From a virus (taxonomy: Duplodnaviria; Caudoviricetes): 53,069 nucleotides of DNA. The translations under genes and the position numbers were made by a program. Position 1 is the first letter of the stretch, and each line of letters begins with the position of its first letter. The DNA is taken from the IMG/VR virus record IMGVR_UViG_3300037883_000032, positions 1 to 53,069 of that record; one strand, 5' to 3'. This document shows, piece by piece, positions 1 through 8,071 of the stretch. The notes beneath the pieces were generated by a model. It saw nothing but the letters and a program-made list of their open reading frames with translations. It was not told where the DNA came from and made no database searches.

Positions 1-1
1 T

Positions 2-727
2 CGCGACGTGGTAGAGGCCTTCGGCGAGTTCGGTCGTGGTGCGCCGCATCCCGGGCGCAGCCTTCAGGACGGCCGCTTCGAGAGATTTCACGTCCTTCTC
101 GGCGTACCCGGCCTGGGTGTGCAGCCGCGACATCGCGGCTTCAAAGTCCATCCCCATTTTGATCGAGACGGCGCCGGCGGCGAGGATCGGCAGCGACAGG
201 TTGTTCATCGTCTGGGAGACCTCGTGTGTGGTGCCCTTCAGCCGTTCGAGGCGTTTCGTGTGATCGGCGACCTGGGTGGTGTGTTTGCCGAGCGCCACAC
301 CGGTGCCAGCGGCGGCGGCGCCGAGGTTGCGTTGCGCGGCGGTCTGCGCCGCGGCCTCACCGGCGGCGGTCTTCGCGGTGGCCGCCTGGCCCTTCTGCGC
401 GGCGCTGAGCTTGTCCGTGGCGGCCTGCACGCGCGCGGTCTCGAGCGCCTGGTCTTTCTGTGCCTTCGTCAGGCCCGCGGTCGCGAGCGTCGACTTGTCC
501 GTCGCGGCGGTCGCGCCCACCTGGCTGGCCTTCACCCGCTCCCCGGTAGCGGTCGCCGCGGCACCGGTCTTCGCGAACTGCGCTTCGAGGGCGTGCAGCC
601 GGGCGCCGATCTGGTCGGCGGTCGCACCGAGCGTCTTGAAATCGACCGACAGCGCCTTGAGCTGGTTAGCGCCATGCTCCTGGATGTCGATCAGGAAGCT
701 GAGGACATCCTGGCTGAGGCCCTCCAT
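2..727 (-). CDS. Tape measure protein, N-terminal part (runs off the left edge)
   Basis: Hand translation from ATG at 727: MEGLSQDVLSFLIDIQEHG...Ala/Thr-rich helical region...LSLPILAAGAVSIKMGMDFEAAMSRLHTQAG...ELAEGLYHVA, resembling the TP901-type TMP core; directly follows the tail chaperones. Confidence 0.85.
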   Translation of the reverse strand, partial: MEGLSQDVLSFLIDIQEHGANQLKALSVDFKTLGATADQIGARLHALEAQFAKTGAAATATGERVKASQVGATAATDKSTLATAGLTKAQKDQALETARVQAATDKLSAAQKGQAATAKTAAGEAAAQTAAQRNLGAAAAGTGVALGKHTTQVADHTKRLERLKGTTHEVSQTMNNLSLPILAAGAVSIKMGMDFEAAMSRLHTQAGYAEKDVKSLEAAVLKAAPGMRRTTTELAEGLYHVA

Positions 728-736
728 CTCAGCCGC

Positions 737-1015
737 CTACACGTAGCGCGTCTGGTTCTGCTTCGCGCGTTCGCTTTCGACTTCGCGGCGCGTTTCCGCT
801 TCGCCGGCGCGAAACGCGAGCCAGTAGGCGTGGATGTCGCTCGGCAGGTCCTGCACGTCTTGCCAAGAGACCCCTCCCATGTCGCGGACAAGGACGTAGT
901 CGCTCCATGCCGGGAGGATTAATCGTCGCTCCTCTCGGGTGAGCGCCTCGAGCTTGATGCTCTTGCCGCGCGTGAGGAAGTGCGCGAGTTTCTGGGCTTC
1001 CTGGAGGAGTTTCCC
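737..1015 (-). CDS. Tail assembly chaperone, frameshifted C-terminal extension (lambda gpGT-like)
   Basis: -1 frame (GKLLQEAQKLAHF...QTRYV) entered at slippery G GGA AAC; no convincing own start; lies between chaperone and TMP. Confidence 0.75.
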   Translation of the reverse strand, partial: GKLLQEAQKLAHFLTRGKSIKLEALTREERRLILPAWSDYVLVRDMGGVSWQDVQDLPSDIHAYWLAFRAGEAETRREVESERAKQNQTRYV

Positions 1016-1374
1016 TCGGCCCTCCCGCGACCGATGCGGATCGCCTGCGTCACGCAGTCGTCGACCCATTCACCCGACGGGCCGTCGAGCGTGTCGTAGT
1101 CCCCGGCGGTGGGCTTGCCCTCGCCGAGGGACCACTCGACGGCGAGCAGGTCGAACAGCGTGCGGTTGATCTCCCTGGCGTTGGTGCGAACCTCAACGCC
1201 GGCGTCGGACCCGTCCGCCTCGATCCCGAACACGGCCGCTGGGATGCGGTAGTTCGAGTTGAGGTCCTGGACGGTGTCCTGGTCGCCCTTCGTGAGAACG
1301 GTCCGCAGCGTGAGCCACGCCGCGCCGTCTTTGAAGGTCTCGGTCTTGCTCGTATCTGCCTGCGTAAGCGGCAT
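919..1374 (-). CDS. Tail assembly chaperone (lambda gpG-like)
   Basis: 151 aa between tail tube and TMP; GGGGAGG SD; ...RAEGN at the slippery site followed by a low-complexity tail. Confidence 0.8.
   Translation of the reverse strand: MPLTQADTSKTETFKDGAAWLTLRTVLTKGDQDTVQDLNSNYRIPAAVFGIEADGSDAGVEVRTNAREINRTLFDLLAVEWSLGEGKPTAGDYDTLDGPSGEWVDDCVTQAIRIGRGRAEGNSSRKPRNSRTSSRAARASSSRRSPERSDD
1009..1015 (-). other. Programmed -1 ribosomal frameshift heptamer GGGAAAC
   Basis: X XXY YYZ in correct phase (GAG GGA AAC); -1 frame open to 737. Confidence 0.8.
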
Positions 1375-1408
1375 GTAAGGGGCCTCCCCAGGTCGTATGG
1401 ACCGGGGG

Positions 1409-1420
1409 ATCGTAGACCCC
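1409..1420 (-). promoter_or_regulatory. GGGGTCTACGAT motif copy 1 (putative late promoter, -10 TACGAT)
   Basis: Identical 12-mer upstream of four structural gene blocks. Confidence 0.6.
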
Positions 1421-1442
1421 GGGGCGGCTTACATGGTGGCGC

Positions 1443-2447
1443 TCAGTTGTACGCGGAGTTGGTGCCGTTCGTCCAGACCGTTTCGACGATGTTTTCCGAT
1501 TCGCCGAGCACCGTCGACCACGTGATCTGCTCGTTCAGCACGTCGCTCGCGGCCTGGAGGTTGAACTGGCCCATCGGGCGCAGGCGAGCGAGCTTGAATT
1601 CGATCTTGTTGAAACCGGTCGGTCCGCCGCCTTCTTCGATCGTGTACGCCGTTTCGTATTTCAACGTGAACGCGGGACCGGTCGCCCAGTTGCCTGCGAG
1701 CCAGTCGTTGTAGATGTTCGCGTTGAGGAAGTCGAGCGTCGTCTGAAACTGGATCTCGCGGCGGGTCGGGACGAGCCGCACGATGTAGATCTGTTTGTTG
1801 GCGGAGAACACGCGCTGCACGTGGTTCATCATCGTGAGCGTGTAGTCCTGGAGTTCCTGCACTTCGACGCCCTTGTACATCGCGGTGAGCCGCGAGTGGT
1901 CGATCGGCTGCTGGCTGTTGAACGTCGGCGTGGCGTTCGACGGCAGGCCGTAGTTCGGTGATGCGGGCGTTTCCTCTTTCTGGCCGAGGAGCGTGAACTC
2001 CATCGTCGCGAGCGCTTGCTGCGTGCCGCGTAGGATCACCTGGTCGACGTTGCAGCCAACGAGGCGGCGAGCGACGGTCTGCACGACGGCGTCGTGGTCG
2101 ACCTCGAGCGAGAAGGACGGGACGGTGATCTTCGGGACCATCGTGTGAATGCGTCCCGTTTTCGCGGCACCGGTAAGGGTGTCCGAGTTGGTGCCGTACC
2201 AGCCGGCGAGCAGCACGGGGAGCTGCTCGGGGATCAGCTCGGCGTTGATCGTCGCGCCGACCTCGATGCCGACGAGCGCGTCCACGACGTAGTCACGGGT
2301 CTGCCCGCGTGACTGTTCGGGGCGCGCGACCTTCGTGGTCGAGTTGATCGTGCAGATCCCCGGGATGAAGTTGGTCGGCGCTTTGAACGTGCCGAACGTG
2401 GCCTCTTTCGCCACTCCGATGATCTCTGCGCTTTGGATAGGCGACAT
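1443..2447 (-). CDS. Major tail (tube) protein
   Basis: 334 aa; N-terminal IGVAKEATFGT pattern typical of tail tube proteins, beta-rich; between terminator and chaperone genes; AAGGAG SD. Confidence 0.85.
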   Translation of the reverse strand: MSPIQSAEIIGVAKEATFGTFKAPTNFIPGICTINSTTKVARPEQSRGQTRDYVVDALVGIEVGATINAELIPEQLPVLLAGWYGTNSDTLTGAAKTGRIHTMVPKITVPSFSLEVDHDAVVQTVARRLVGCNVDQVILRGTQQALATMEFTLLGQKEETPASPNYGLPSNATPTFNSQQPIDHSRLTAMYKGVEVQELQDYTLTMMNHVQRVFSANKQIYIVRLVPTRREIQFQTTLDFLNANIYNDWLAGNWATGPAFTLKYETAYTIEEGGGPTGFNKIEFKLARLRPMGQFNLQAASDVLNEQITWSTVLGESENIVETVWTNGTNSAYN

Positions 2448-2480
2448 GGAGGCTCCTTCACTCGGGGACAGGGCCGGGCA

Positions 2481-3023
2481 TCAGCCGCGGCTCCGGCGTT
2501 GGCGGGCGACGAGCGTGAGGCGCGCCCCGCGATATACCTTGGTGTCCAGATCAATCAGCATGGGTCGAAGCTCGGTGATAGTAGAGGTCGCGACGGCTCC
2601 CCCAAACGTCGGCTCGATCCGCAGCGCGGCGCGGACCTTCTGCACGAGTTGCATCAGTTCGCGGTAGCCCGGCGACTCGAGGTATTCGCTCGCGCCGGCC
2701 TGTTTGGTGGGGACGGGTTCCTGGGCTTTGTGCTCAGCCTGAATGATGAGCATCGGGACGGTGTAGTCGTCCATGTCGGTGCCGTGAGGGCCACCCGTCG
2801 ACCCGCCGCGACCGTACGGGATGAGCGCGTCGTTCAGCGGGCTGATGAAGCCCACCGGCAAGCCGGGCGTCGGCCCCATCCCGATGTCGCCGAGCACCCA
2901 GTGCACGACGCTCGTGTCGGGCTGCTGCGCGAACACGGGTTTGTTCCCGAGATAGTTCGCGAGGGTGTCGAGCAGCGTCTCGTACTGGCCGGGCGCGCCG
3001 ATCACTTTGATCTGTTCAGCCAC
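2481..3023 (-). CDS. Tail terminator protein (putative)
   Basis: 180 aa directly upstream of tail tube; ALRIEPTFGGAV motif typical of terminators. Confidence 0.65.
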   Translation of the reverse strand: MAEQIKVIGAPGQYETLLDTLANYLGNKPVFAQQPDTSVVHWVLGDIGMGPTPGLPVGFISPLNDALIPYGRGGSTGGPHGTDMDDYTVPMLIIQAEHKAQEPVPTKQAGASEYLESPGYRELMQLVQKVRAALRIEPTFGGAVATSTITELRPMLIDLDTKVYRGARLTLVARQRRSRG

Positions 3024-3035
3024 AGGTCCTCCTCG

Positions 3036-3572
3036 TCATGGCAGTGGGGGGGTGTTCGCGCCGGCCCACGTCCCGCCGGCGCCGCCAAGCGCGAGCGGTT
3101 CGACGGGTGCGCGCACCCAGTTGCGGATGATCCGCGACACGCCGTTGACGACCGCGCGCTCTTTGGGCCAGATCGGGCGGGCGGGAATGTTGCCGGCGCC
3201 CTCGCTGAGGACCACCGGGATCTGCCAGCCGTTCACCTGCCAGTCGACGCCGATCACGACGAACGTCGAGGTCAGCTCAGTGAAGCTGTACGGGCCGTGC
3301 GCGGACGTGACCGACTCGAACAGGTTGCCGCTCGCGTAGAGCTGCCGAGTCGGGTCAGCGTAGCCCTGGCTCGCCTTACGCGCGACGGTCGACTCGGCGA
3401 GCGGCGGCCATTCCCCGAAGCCGCGCGCCTCGAAGCGCTGGCGGGTCTGCTCGCGAACGTAGTCCGCGGCGGCAGCGAGCGGCACCCGGAAGTCGGTGAG
3501 CTGGCTGGCGATCATCTCGACGCGGCGTTGCGCACCCGTGGTTCTCGCGGATTTCATCTGGACGCGCAGCAT
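3036..3572 (-). CDS. Virion morphogenesis / tail completion protein (Mu gpG / P2 gpS-like)
   Basis: RFEARG..WPPLAESTVARK...LYASGNL...IPARP motifs; start at TGATG overlap (3572). Confidence 0.75.
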   Translation of the reverse strand: MLRVQMKSARTTGAQRRVEMIASQLTDFRVPLAAAADYVREQTRQRFEARGFGEWPPLAESTVARKASQGYADPTRQLYASGNLFESVTSAHGPYSFTELTSTFVVIGVDWQVNGWQIPVVLSEGAGNIPARPIWPKERAVVNGVSRIIRNWVRAPVEPLALGGAGGTWAGANTPPLP

Positions 3573-3889
3573 CAGATGGTGCTCCAGACGCCGGCGCGTA
3601 GGAAGCCGTGCCAGCCGCCGGGCTTCAGGATCGCGGGTGTGACCGTGATCGTGCCGTCCGCGTGCTCGACGACCTGGTGGTGGCTGGGGCCGATCGTGCC
3701 CAGCTCGCCGGTTGGGTCCTTGATGTACCAGAAGGCGCGACTGCCGTCCTGACCGTCGCCATGAAGGACCTTCATGTAGGCGCCGAGCGGCGCGATGTTC
3801 TCGCAGTACTCCTCGCCCATCTTCTCCCAGGCATCCCAGCCCGCGCCAGGCTCGCCGAGCACCGCGTCGGGGAGGCGTGTGCCCTGCAT
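3572..3889 (-). CDS. Small paralogue 3 (DUF6527-like)
   Basis: EHADGTITVTPAI...WHGFLRAGVW; TGATG coupling. Confidence 0.65.
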   Translation of the reverse strand: MQGTRLPDAVLGEPGAGWDAWEKMGEEYCENIAPLGAYMKVLHGDGQDGSRAFWYIKDPTGELGTIGPSHHQVVEHADGTITVTPAILKPGGWHGFLRAGVWSTI

Positions 3890-4149
3890 CAGGCGAGCCT
3901 CCAGACGCCGCGCTCGAGGTAGCCGTGCCACAGCTCGCCGGTGCCGTCGCTGACCCGGATCGACGGGCTGACGGTGATCGTCCCGTCGTCATGCTCGGTC
4001 ACGTCATGCGCGCCGAGGTTGCCCAGGTGGCCGTTCGGTGTGCAGGCGTACCAGGTCCACTCGCCGTCGCTCATCACGCGCCCGTAGGCGCCCGGGCGGA
4101 AGCACGACTCGCCGCGCATCTCGCCGTCGGCTACACGGTGACCGTTCAT
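3889..4149 (-). CDS. Small paralogue 2 (DUF6527-like)
   Basis: EHDDGTITVSPSI...WHGYLERGVW; TGATG coupling. Confidence 0.65.
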   Translation of the reverse strand: MNGHRVADGEMRGESCFRPGAYGRVMSDGEWTWYACTPNGHLGNLGAHDVTEHDDGTITVSPSIRVSDGTGELWHGYLERGVWRLA

Positions 4150-4427
4150 CAGCAGGGCACCCACTCGCCTTTGATGATGTGCCCGTGCCAGCGTTCACCG
4201 GGCGCCATGATCGAGTTGCCCGGCGGGCACACGCTGATGGTCCCGTCATCGTGCTCGTCGACGACGTGGTAGTTGCCCTTGCTGTCGGGCGATTGCGGAG
4301 AGGCCAGGTGAAACCGCTGGCCCGTCGGGCAACACACGACCCATTCGACGGGGCCGTTCGTCAGCTTGCTGTACTCGCCGGGGTTCTCGGGGAACGTGTT
4401 GTCGGGCACCCGCTTGCCTTGCATCAC
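4149..4427 (-). CDS. Small paralogue 1 (DUF6527-like)
   Basis: EHDDGTISVCPPGNSI...WHGHIIKGEW; GTGA coupling. Confidence 0.65.
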   Translation of the reverse strand: MMQGKRVPDNTFPENPGEYSKLTNGPVEWVVCCPTGQRFHLASPQSPDSKGNYHVVDEHDDGTISVCPPGNSIMAPGERWHGHIIKGEWVPC

Positions 4428-4759
4428 TCACGCTCCTCGCAATACGCCGCGATGTGCCGCAGCCCGAACGTCCCGAAGCGCCGGATGCCTTTCACGACGT
4501 AGCGGCGCGCAACGCGCGTGCCGTCCGCAGCCACAAAGCCGCTCAGCCGGATCTCGTCCTCGTGACGCAGCCGCGTGACCCAGTAGGGCAGGTAGATGAC
4601 GTGCGTCGACTGGAGCGCGAACGGGACGGTGAGATCGACGGAGCTGATCGGCTCCAGGTGGCAAAGCACGTTGCGCCGCCACACTTTCATGTCGCTGCGC
4701 CCGGGCTTCGAGGGGACCGGCAGCAGCCGCCAGATGTCCGCTCGCTCGGTCAGTAACAC
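4424..4759 (-). CDS. Head closure / head-tail stopper protein (putative)
   Basis: 111 aa, beta-rich pattern (THVIYLP...EDEI...RYVVKG), upstream of the tail completion genes. Confidence 0.6.
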   Translation of the reverse strand: MLLTERADIWRLLPVPSKPGRSDMKVWRRNVLCHLEPISSVDLTVPFALQSTHVIYLPYWVTRLRHEDEIRLSGFVAADGTRVARRYVVKGIRRFGTFGLRHIAAYCEERE

Positions 4760-4806
4760 GGCGGCATCGTAGACCCCGCCTCGGCGCGCGCTACGATCCC
4801 GCCGTG
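4757..4806. promoter_or_regulatory. Back-to-back leaderless promoters (TACGAT on each strand); includes GGGGTCTACGAT copy 2 at 4766-4777
   Basis: TACGAT 6 nt before GTG on each strand; 16-bp inverted repeat with 1 mismatch. Confidence 0.6.
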
Positions 4807-5136
4807 CCGCGCGCCCCGAAGGCGAAACCGACGTTGATCGCGCCCATTCCGGTCACAGCAGCCCAGGCGACGCCGGCGTTCCTCACCGATGACCAGCTCG
4901 CGCAGCTCGGGCTATCGGGCGACACCGCGGCGGACGTGCTCCTCGACGCGACCGCCGTCTACGCACACGTGACCGCGAACCCGTACGTGAAGCGGGACGA
5001 GCTGGTCGCATGGGCGCAGAGCCACTGGGGCCACACGCCGCCGCCAGCGGGACAGCCCGGCCCAGTGGATCGCCTGAATGCCGCGATCGCGTTCCTCGAA
5101 GCGGCCGGGAAGCTCGCGGCCGTCAGCGTCGCCTAA
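4804..5136 (+). CDS. Hypothetical protein (opposite strand)
   Basis: 110 aa, phage-like codon use, own -10 element, convergent overlap with the 5133 gene. Confidence 0.6.
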   Translation: MPRAPKAKPTLIAPIPVTAAQATPAFLTDDQLAQLGLSGDTAADVLLDATAVYAHVTANPYVKRDELVAWAQSHWGHTPPPAGQPGPVDRLNAAIAFLEAAGKLAAVSVA

Positions 5137-5576
5137 GCCGCCTCTGGCCGCCAGCGGCGCTCGAGCGCCGCTTCGCCCTTCTCGCTCACGACGAGCACGT
5201 GTGCGAGTTTGCCCGCTCGCGTCGCGCGCTTGCGTGGGCTATCGACGACGAACCCGCCGCGCTTCAGCTCCCACACGCGCGGACCGACCGTTTTGTCGGG
5301 CATGTTCAGGCGTTGCACCAGTTCGTCGCGGGTCGCGGGACGGTCGGCGATCGCGCGCAGCACACGCTCGCGGTCACCGCTGACCTTCGGGGCCTGCGCG
5401 ATGGCCGCGGCCTCTGACGTGTCGGAGTCCTTCGTTCGAGGCGTGCCCGGCACGTCCTCGTCGCTGAGAACGGCTGGGTGCGCGAGCAGAAACTCGTCGC
5501 CGTCATGGATGCCGAGTTCGTCGCACGCCTCGGCGAGATCCCGGGGTGTGGCGGTGCCGCGTGTGAAGGTCCTCAC
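5133..5576 (-). CDS. Winged-helix DNA-binding protein
   Basis: TSEAAA...RVLRAIADRPATRDELVQRLNM...VGPRVWELKRGGFVVDS..R.TRAG pattern. Confidence 0.7.
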   Translation of the reverse strand: MRTFTRGTATPRDLAEACDELGIHDGDEFLLAHPAVLSDEDVPGTPRTKDSDTSEAAAIAQAPKVSGDRERVLRAIADRPATRDELVQRLNMPDKTVGPRVWELKRGGFVVDSPRKRATRAGKLAHVLVVSEKGEAALERRWRPEAA

Positions 5577-5605
5577 TCGCTCACCTGTCACACCACGAAT
5601 GTTCG

Positions 5606-5923
5606 CTATTTGCGAGGACGACCATGTTTCGCCCGCTGCAACTTGCGTTCGATTTCCGGCCAGTCGCTCGGGCGCCACACACAAACGTCGATGTCGCTCG
5701 CGATCTCGGCGAGCAGGTCCAGCCACTCCCGCTGCGCCGGCGAGACCCTGCCCTTCTCGGTCTTCAGCTCGGCGACGATCAGCCGGCGGTCGACCTTCGC
5801 GAGAACCAAATCGGGAAATCCCGGCGTGCTGCGACGACTATCGAACGTGTGATACGCCCACCAGCCGCATGCGCCCGCGAGGTCGAGAACCGCCTGCTGA
5901 AACTCGCGCTCGCTCTCACCCAT
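5606..5923 (-). CDS. VRR-NUC domain nuclease (resolvase-like)
   Basis: SEREFQ...GFPDLVL...AELKTEKGRVSPAQREW...VWRPSD PD-(D/E)xK motifs. Confidence 0.85.
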   Translation of the reverse strand: MGESEREFQQAVLDLAGACGWWAYHTFDSRRSTPGFPDLVLAKVDRRLIVAELKTEKGRVSPAQREWLDLLAEIASDIDVCVWRPSDWPEIERKLQRAKHGRPRK

Positions 5924-6657
5924 CAGCGCACGAACGGCTCGCGGGACGCCGCCGCCAGGATCGACTCGATGTGCGCGAGGCTGTGATATTGCCCGCCGTC
6001 GAGCCGGACGTAGCGCCGGTATTTGGCGATGCGGTCCTCCTCGTGGGCGTACCCCCAGTGCGCAACCCGCAGTCGCGTGTGCGCGCGCGGCAGCGCTGAC
6101 TCGGGGATCGCCTTGCATGCCATCCGGCGCTGCTGGATGCGGGCGCCCTGGTCGTGCTTGTAGATGCGGAACTGCGGCGCGGGCCACCACGCGCCGTCGG
6201 TGCGGTACGTCTCGCCAGCAGCGTCCCACAGGTGGTAGAACGTCGCGCTGAAGGCCTCCGCGGGCAGCGCCGCTAGGTCTCCGAGCACGGTGCGCAGATT
6301 GACGGCCTGTGGGCCGTTCTGGGGCGCTAGAAGCTCCTCGTCGGCGTCCAGGACCACGACCAGGTCCCCGGTGTCGAGGTGCTTGTCGCATAGGCGCATG
6401 AGCGCGTTGCGTACGTACGACTCGTCCTGGCGGAAAGACGGGGCTGCCCCGTTGGACCACCACACGTCGACCGCGTTGCCTTCCGCTTCGCTGGTGCCCA
6501 GCTTCAGCTCGCGTTGCAGCATCGCCTCGGTTCTCTCGTCGACGTGGTCGGCGACGGCGAGGAGCGTGTCGGCCCACTTGCTCGCGCGGCCGAGCACGAG
6601 GTCAAGGTGGCGATCTGCCTCGCCTGGCCCGACGATCATCGCGCAAGCTATCCGCAT
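5923..6657 (-). CDS. Glycosyltransferase, GT2-like
   Basis: N-terminal IACAMIV strand, ES.VRN, VVVLDADE (DxD), HWGY. Confidence 0.8.
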   Translation of the reverse strand: MRIACAMIVGPGEADRHLDLVLGRASKWADTLLAVADHVDERTEAMLQRELKLGTSEAEGNAVDVWWSNGAAPSFRQDESYVRNALMRLCDKHLDTGDLVVVLDADEELLAPQNGPQAVNLRTVLGDLAALPAEAFSATFYHLWDAAGETYRTDGAWWPAPQFRIYKHDQGARIQQRRMACKAIPESALPRAHTRLRVAHWGYAHEEDRIAKYRRYVRLDGGQYHSLAHIESILAAASREPFVR

Positions 6658-7238
6658 CGCCTTGTGGCCTCCTCGTAGATCAGCCGGTCGCGCTCGAGCT
6701 TCGCCGGTTCGTCGCCGCGGCCCTCGCTCGCCCAGTGGTGCATGAACCGATACGGCAAGCGAACGACGACCTCGCACCCGGCCCGCCGGCACTGGTCGGT
6801 GAACCAGTCGTCGGTGTAGTAGTGGCACTCCAGGCTCGGACCGATGTTGGCTTCCCAGTCCCGCCGGCGGCAGAACGGCACGACGCAGGTGTTCGTCGTG
6901 GGTGCCCAGTCGACGGGCACGCGGTCCCACCAGCCGCCGGCGCTCTCGATGCCGCCTTTGGGGGTGAGGATCAGCGGCGCAGGGATCTTGCACGCCCGGA
7001 GCGTCTCGAGAGCCGCGTCGTCCCACCCCTCGAGCGGCTCGAGGTCATCGGCGGTGAGGTGCAGGTACTCGCCGCCGGCTTTCGCGGCGCCATCGTTCCA
7101 CGCGATGCCGCACGTCGGGCGGCCGGGGATCACGATCAGCTCGATCTCCGCGTGCGAGCGCTCCGTGTAGGCGTTCACGCAGCGCTCCAGGTGCGCCTCG
7201 CGGCCGGGGATCGTGGGGATGACGACGGAGATCGTCAC
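6648..7238 (-). CDS. Glycosyltransferase family 2
   Basis: ISVVIPTI..R..HLERC, AWNDGA..A.GEYL...ADD, YYTDD. Confidence 0.85.
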   Translation of the reverse strand: MTISVVIPTIPGREAHLERCVNAYTERSHAEIELIVIPGRPTCGIAWNDGAAKAGGEYLHLTADDLEPLEGWDDAALETLRACKIPAPLILTPKGGIESAGGWWDRVPVDWAPTTNTCVVPFCRRRDWEANIGPSLECHYYTDDWFTDQCRRAGCEVVVRLPYRFMHHWASEGRGDEPAKLERDRLIYEEATRRCG

Positions 7239-8071
7239 AGCAGGTGGGCGAAGCGATCGCGATTCGCTAGCGCGTAGGGAGGCAGCTCGTCGTCGCCAGC
7301 GCGAAGGGCGTTGCGGTCCTGGCGGCCGAACAGGTCGCGGCCTGTCGCGAGACTGTCGCCGATCGTGCTCGGGTTGTTGTAGGCGTCGGTGTCCAGCTCG
7401 TGATGCGCTGCGCTGCGCAGCTTGTACGCGACGGCGTCGGGGCCACCCATGTAGCTCAGGTGCCAGCCGAGGCCGGGTGCGGCCTGCTCACCGATTTTCC
7501 ACGCTTCCGCTTCGCGGACCCGTTGCAAGCTGTTGTCGTAATAGCGCAGGATCGCGGGGGGAAAGAAGCTCGCGATCGGGATCATCGTGTCGTGCCAGCG
7601 CCACCGCAGCCGGTACACGAACTGCGTCATCCGCGGCCTGACGATCCGCGGCTCGAGGTTCGGCACCCACGTCGCGCAGTCCGCGACCACGTGCGGGAAC
7701 GGGATCTCGTCGAGATCGCTCAGGAGCAGCAGGTCGTCGTCCTTGAGGTCCCACAGGCCCGCTGAAAGCGCGTCGCGCTGGTGATGCTCGCGCCGCCAGC
7801 GGTCTGAGTCGCCTTCGCAGCCGATCGCGTGCGGCTCCCGGTAAACGCTCTCGCCGGCGGGCATGTCCTCCACGACGATGTAGCGGATCTTGTCCTCCCA
7901 CTGCCGGAACCGGCTCCAGTTCTCAGCCAGGTACAGCGGCTTCGGGTCGCCCGAGTAGGTGACGGGCGCCTCGGCGATGACGTGCACGTCGACGACAGGG
8001 TCTAGTTCGGCGAGACGGATCTCGAGCACGTCCAGCTCATTGAAAAACGGGGTGAGACTGTAGGTCTTCAT
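7235..8071 (-). CDS. GT17-family (GnT-III-like) beta-1,4-GlcNAc transferase
   Basis: FFNELDVLEIRL.EL..VVD...AEA..T.SG.PKPL, RE..QRDAL, SDLDEIP, GWHLSY.GG, KL.S..H.E. Confidence 0.8.
   Translation of the reverse strand: MKTYSLTPFFNELDVLEIRLAELDPVVDVHVIAEAPVTYSGDPKPLYLAENWSRFRQWEDKIRYIVVEDMPAGESVYREPHAIGCEGDSDRWRREHHQRDALSAGLWDLKDDDLLLLSDLDEIPFPHVVADCATWVPNLEPRIVRPRMTQFVYRLRWRWHDTMIPIASFFPPAILRYYDNSLQRVREAEAWKIGEQAAPGLGWHLSYMGGPDAVAYKLRSAAHHELDTDAYNNPSTIGDSLATGRDLFGRQDRNALRAGDDELPPYALANRDRFAHLL

Noticed and set aside
8-922. Long plus-strand ORFs here and elsewhere (e.g. 2433-3752, 8074-9144, 24272-25483, 29934-31481, 51691-52824)
   Set aside because: Antisense shadows of real minus-strand genes, expected in high-GC DNA; no motifs or start signals
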